Below are positions 62,031-64,000 of a DNA stretch of 64,000 nt, one piece after another. This DNA is from Legionella genomosp. 1 (GTDB lineage: Bacteria; Pseudomonadota; Gammaproteobacteria; Legionellales; Legionellaceae): the NCBI GenBank assembly GCA_945862405.1, contig CAMAYX010000001.1:2089-66088 (forward strand). The letters are read 5' to 3'. The notes under the pieces are model-generated. The model had not been told where the DNA came from and made no database searches. It saw nothing but the letters and a program-made list of their open reading frames with translations. A program made the position numbers and the translations under genes. How positions within the stretch are numbered: the stretch's first letter is position 1; every line of letters starts with the position of its first letter.

Positions 62031-64000
62031 ATGGCAGAACCTACAATCTATCGTAAAAATTATCAATCTCCAGTTTTTTCGGTACGAGCAGTATCTCTGA
62101 ATTTTGATTTATTCGATGACCATGCTTTCGTCAGAAATCAAATGGAATTAACAAGAGAGGCTCAAGGGCCTCTAGTTTTACTGGGTGATGAACTAGAAGT
62201 GGTAAGTATTAAACTAAATGGCCAATTATTGAGTGAACACCAATACCAGCTCAAAGACGGAAATGTATTAATCACGGAGTGTCCAGACGAGTTTTCTTTA
62301 GATATAACTACTCGTATCCGTCCGCAAGATAATACTAAATTATCAGGTTTATATTTTGCCAAACAATTGTTCTGTACCCAGTGTGAGGCAGAAGGCTTTC
62401 GCCGCATGACGTATTTTTTAGACCGGCCAGATGTTTTAAGTTCCTATACCACAAGAATTAGCGCGGATAAGCAAAAATATCCAATTCTATTATCTAATGG
62501 AAACTTGGTGGACTCTGGTGAAACAGATGATGGGCGCCACTGGGTGGTTTGGCATGATCCCTTTAAAAAGCCTTCTTATTTATTTGCTTTAGTAGCTGGA
62601 GATTTAGCCTGTGTAAGCGACCAATTTACCACGAGTTCGGGTAGAAAGGTGGATTTACATGTTTATGTTGAGCATGGCAACGAAGACAAATGCGCACATT
62701 CCTTAGATTCTTTAAAGAATGCAATGCGTTGGGATGAAGAGCAATTTGGTCGTGAATACGATCTGGGTATTTATATGATCGTTGCCACCGGTGATTTTAA
62801 TATGGGAGCGATGGAAAACAAGGGCTTAAACATTTTCAATTCTAAGTACATATTAGCTCGACCTGATACCGCAACTGATGTGGATTACGCTGATATAGAA
62901 GGCGTAGTAGGTCATGAGTATTTTCACAATTGGACAGGAAATAGAGTTACCTGTAGAGATTGGTTTCAATTAAGTTTAAAAGAAGGTTTAACTGTCTTTC
63001 GCGATCAAGAGTTTTCTCGTGATATGAATTCCCGAGATGTAAATCGAATTCTTGATGTTAAAGCCCTGCGTACCCTGCAATTTCCTGAAGATGCCGGTGC
63101 TATGGCGCATCCAGTTCGTCCCGACTCCTATCAAGAAATCAATAATTTCTATACCGCTACTGTTTATAACAAAGGTGCCGAAGTTATCAGAATGCAGCAA
63201 ACCCTTTTAGGAAAAGAAGGTTTTCGTCGGGGTATGGATTTGTATTTTCAGCGTCATGACGGCCAAGCCGTTACCATTGATGACTTTGTGAAAGCTATGG
63301 AAGATGCTAATAACGTTGATTTTACTCAATTAAAATTATGGTATAGCCAAGCGGGAACGCCTGAAGTCAAGGTGACGAGCAATTTTGCGGATGGTGAGTT
63401 AAAGTTAACCCTGACTCAATCTTGTCCTCCTACGCCTGAAACCAAAGAGAAAAAACCATTTCACATTCCTATTAAAGTTGCATTGTTCACGATTAATGGC
63501 ACTGCACTGCCCACCCATGAAACCATTTTGGAACTGCGGGAAACAAGTCAAACTTTCAGCTTTAAAGGATTGGAAAAAAAACCTTTAGTATCACTACTGC
63601 GTGAATTTTCTGCACCTATTATTTTGCGTCATGAGGCAAGCCAAGAAGAACTAATTTCATTATTGCGTTTTGAGTCGGATGGATTTGCCAAATGGGATGC
63701 TGGGCAGAAATTAGCAAGTAATTGCATTGCTGAATTTTATAATACTTCTACGCAAACGAAGGTAAATGATGCATTGATGACAGCTTACGCACATGTCCTG
63801 CAAGATAACGCGATTGACCCAGCTTTACGTGCAGAATTGCTCACTCCACCTGGATTTGAAGAAGTGGCTGCAGGGTTTGCACAGATTGATGTAAGTTCTT
63901 TAGAGACTGCACGAGAGGCATTCCGGTCACAGCTTGGAATAGCATTATTTGATGCAGCGCACAAAATTTATCACGATTCCTGGGCAAAGGAAGATCATGC
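62031..64000 (+). CDS. pepN: Aminopeptidase N, 5' part (runs off window edge)
   Basis: AAGGAG RBS, MAEPTIYRKNY, TQCEAEGFRR, GAMENKGLN, HEYFHNW; missing from ORF track because there is no stop in the window. Confidence 0.97.
   Translation, partial: MAEPTIYRKNYQSPVFSVRAVSLNFDLFDDHAFVRNQMELTREAQGPLVLLGDELEVVSIKLNGQLLSEHQYQLKDGNVLITECPDEFSLDITTRIRPQDNTKLSGLYFAKQLFCTQCEAEGFRRMTYFLDRPDVLSSYTTRISADKQKYPILLSNGNLVDSGETDDGRHWVVWHDPFKKPSYLFALVAGDLACVSDQFTTSSGRKVDLHVYVEHGNEDKCAHSLDSLKNAMRWDEEQFGREYDLGIYMIVATGDFNMGAMENKGLNIFNSKYILARPDTATDVDYADIEGVVGHEYFHNWTGNRVTCRDWFQLSLKEGLTVFRDQEFSRDMNSRDVNRILDVKALRTLQFPEDAGAMAHPVRPDSYQEINNFYTATVYNKGAEVIRMQQTLLGKEGFRRGMDLYFQRHDGQAVTIDDFVKAMEDANNVDFTQLKLWYSQAGTPEVKVTSNFADGELKLTLTQSCPPTPETKEKKPFHIPIKVALFTINGTALPTHETILELRETSQTFSFKGLEKKPLVSLLREFSAPIILRHEASQEELISLLRFESDGFAKWDAGQKLASNCIAEFYNTSTQTKVNDALMTAYAHVLQDNAIDPALRAELLTPPGFEEVAAGFAQIDVSSLETAREAFRSQLGIALFDAAHKIYHDSWAKEDH

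Overview
Chromosomal window from a Legionella-like gammaproteobacterium (inferred from gene content, gene order and effector-like C-termini). Mostly housekeeping: tex, glmS, smpB, bcp, PIN-PhoH, GuaB/GuaC-family, csp, SulP, moxR-bat operon with a 21x15-bp repeat, def, psd, fumC, rsmE, trxA-rho-ubiD-fre, hspQ, msrBA, MltB, MacAB-TolC-type exporter, apaH, rsmA, tatABC, ubiEJB, yeaG-yeaH-spoVR, partial pepN, plus tRNA-Leu(CAG) and tRNA-Gly(CCC). The main accessory segment (~8.85-14.4 kb) looks like a decayed mobile element. It holds a P-loop ATPase, a serine-resolvase pseudogene, a tyrosine-recombinase scrap and an intact 587-aa orphan with a zinc deaminase-like HAE...CxxC motif and an effector-like tail. 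Next come a J-domain protein with RPD instead of HPD and a diverged copy of its central helix. Other highlights: a MOBH-relaxase-like protein lacking its HD motif, placed between rsmA and apaH; M4 protease and patatin genes with large internal deletions; and three families of palindromic repeats. All family assignments are by eye from motifs; no searches were run.
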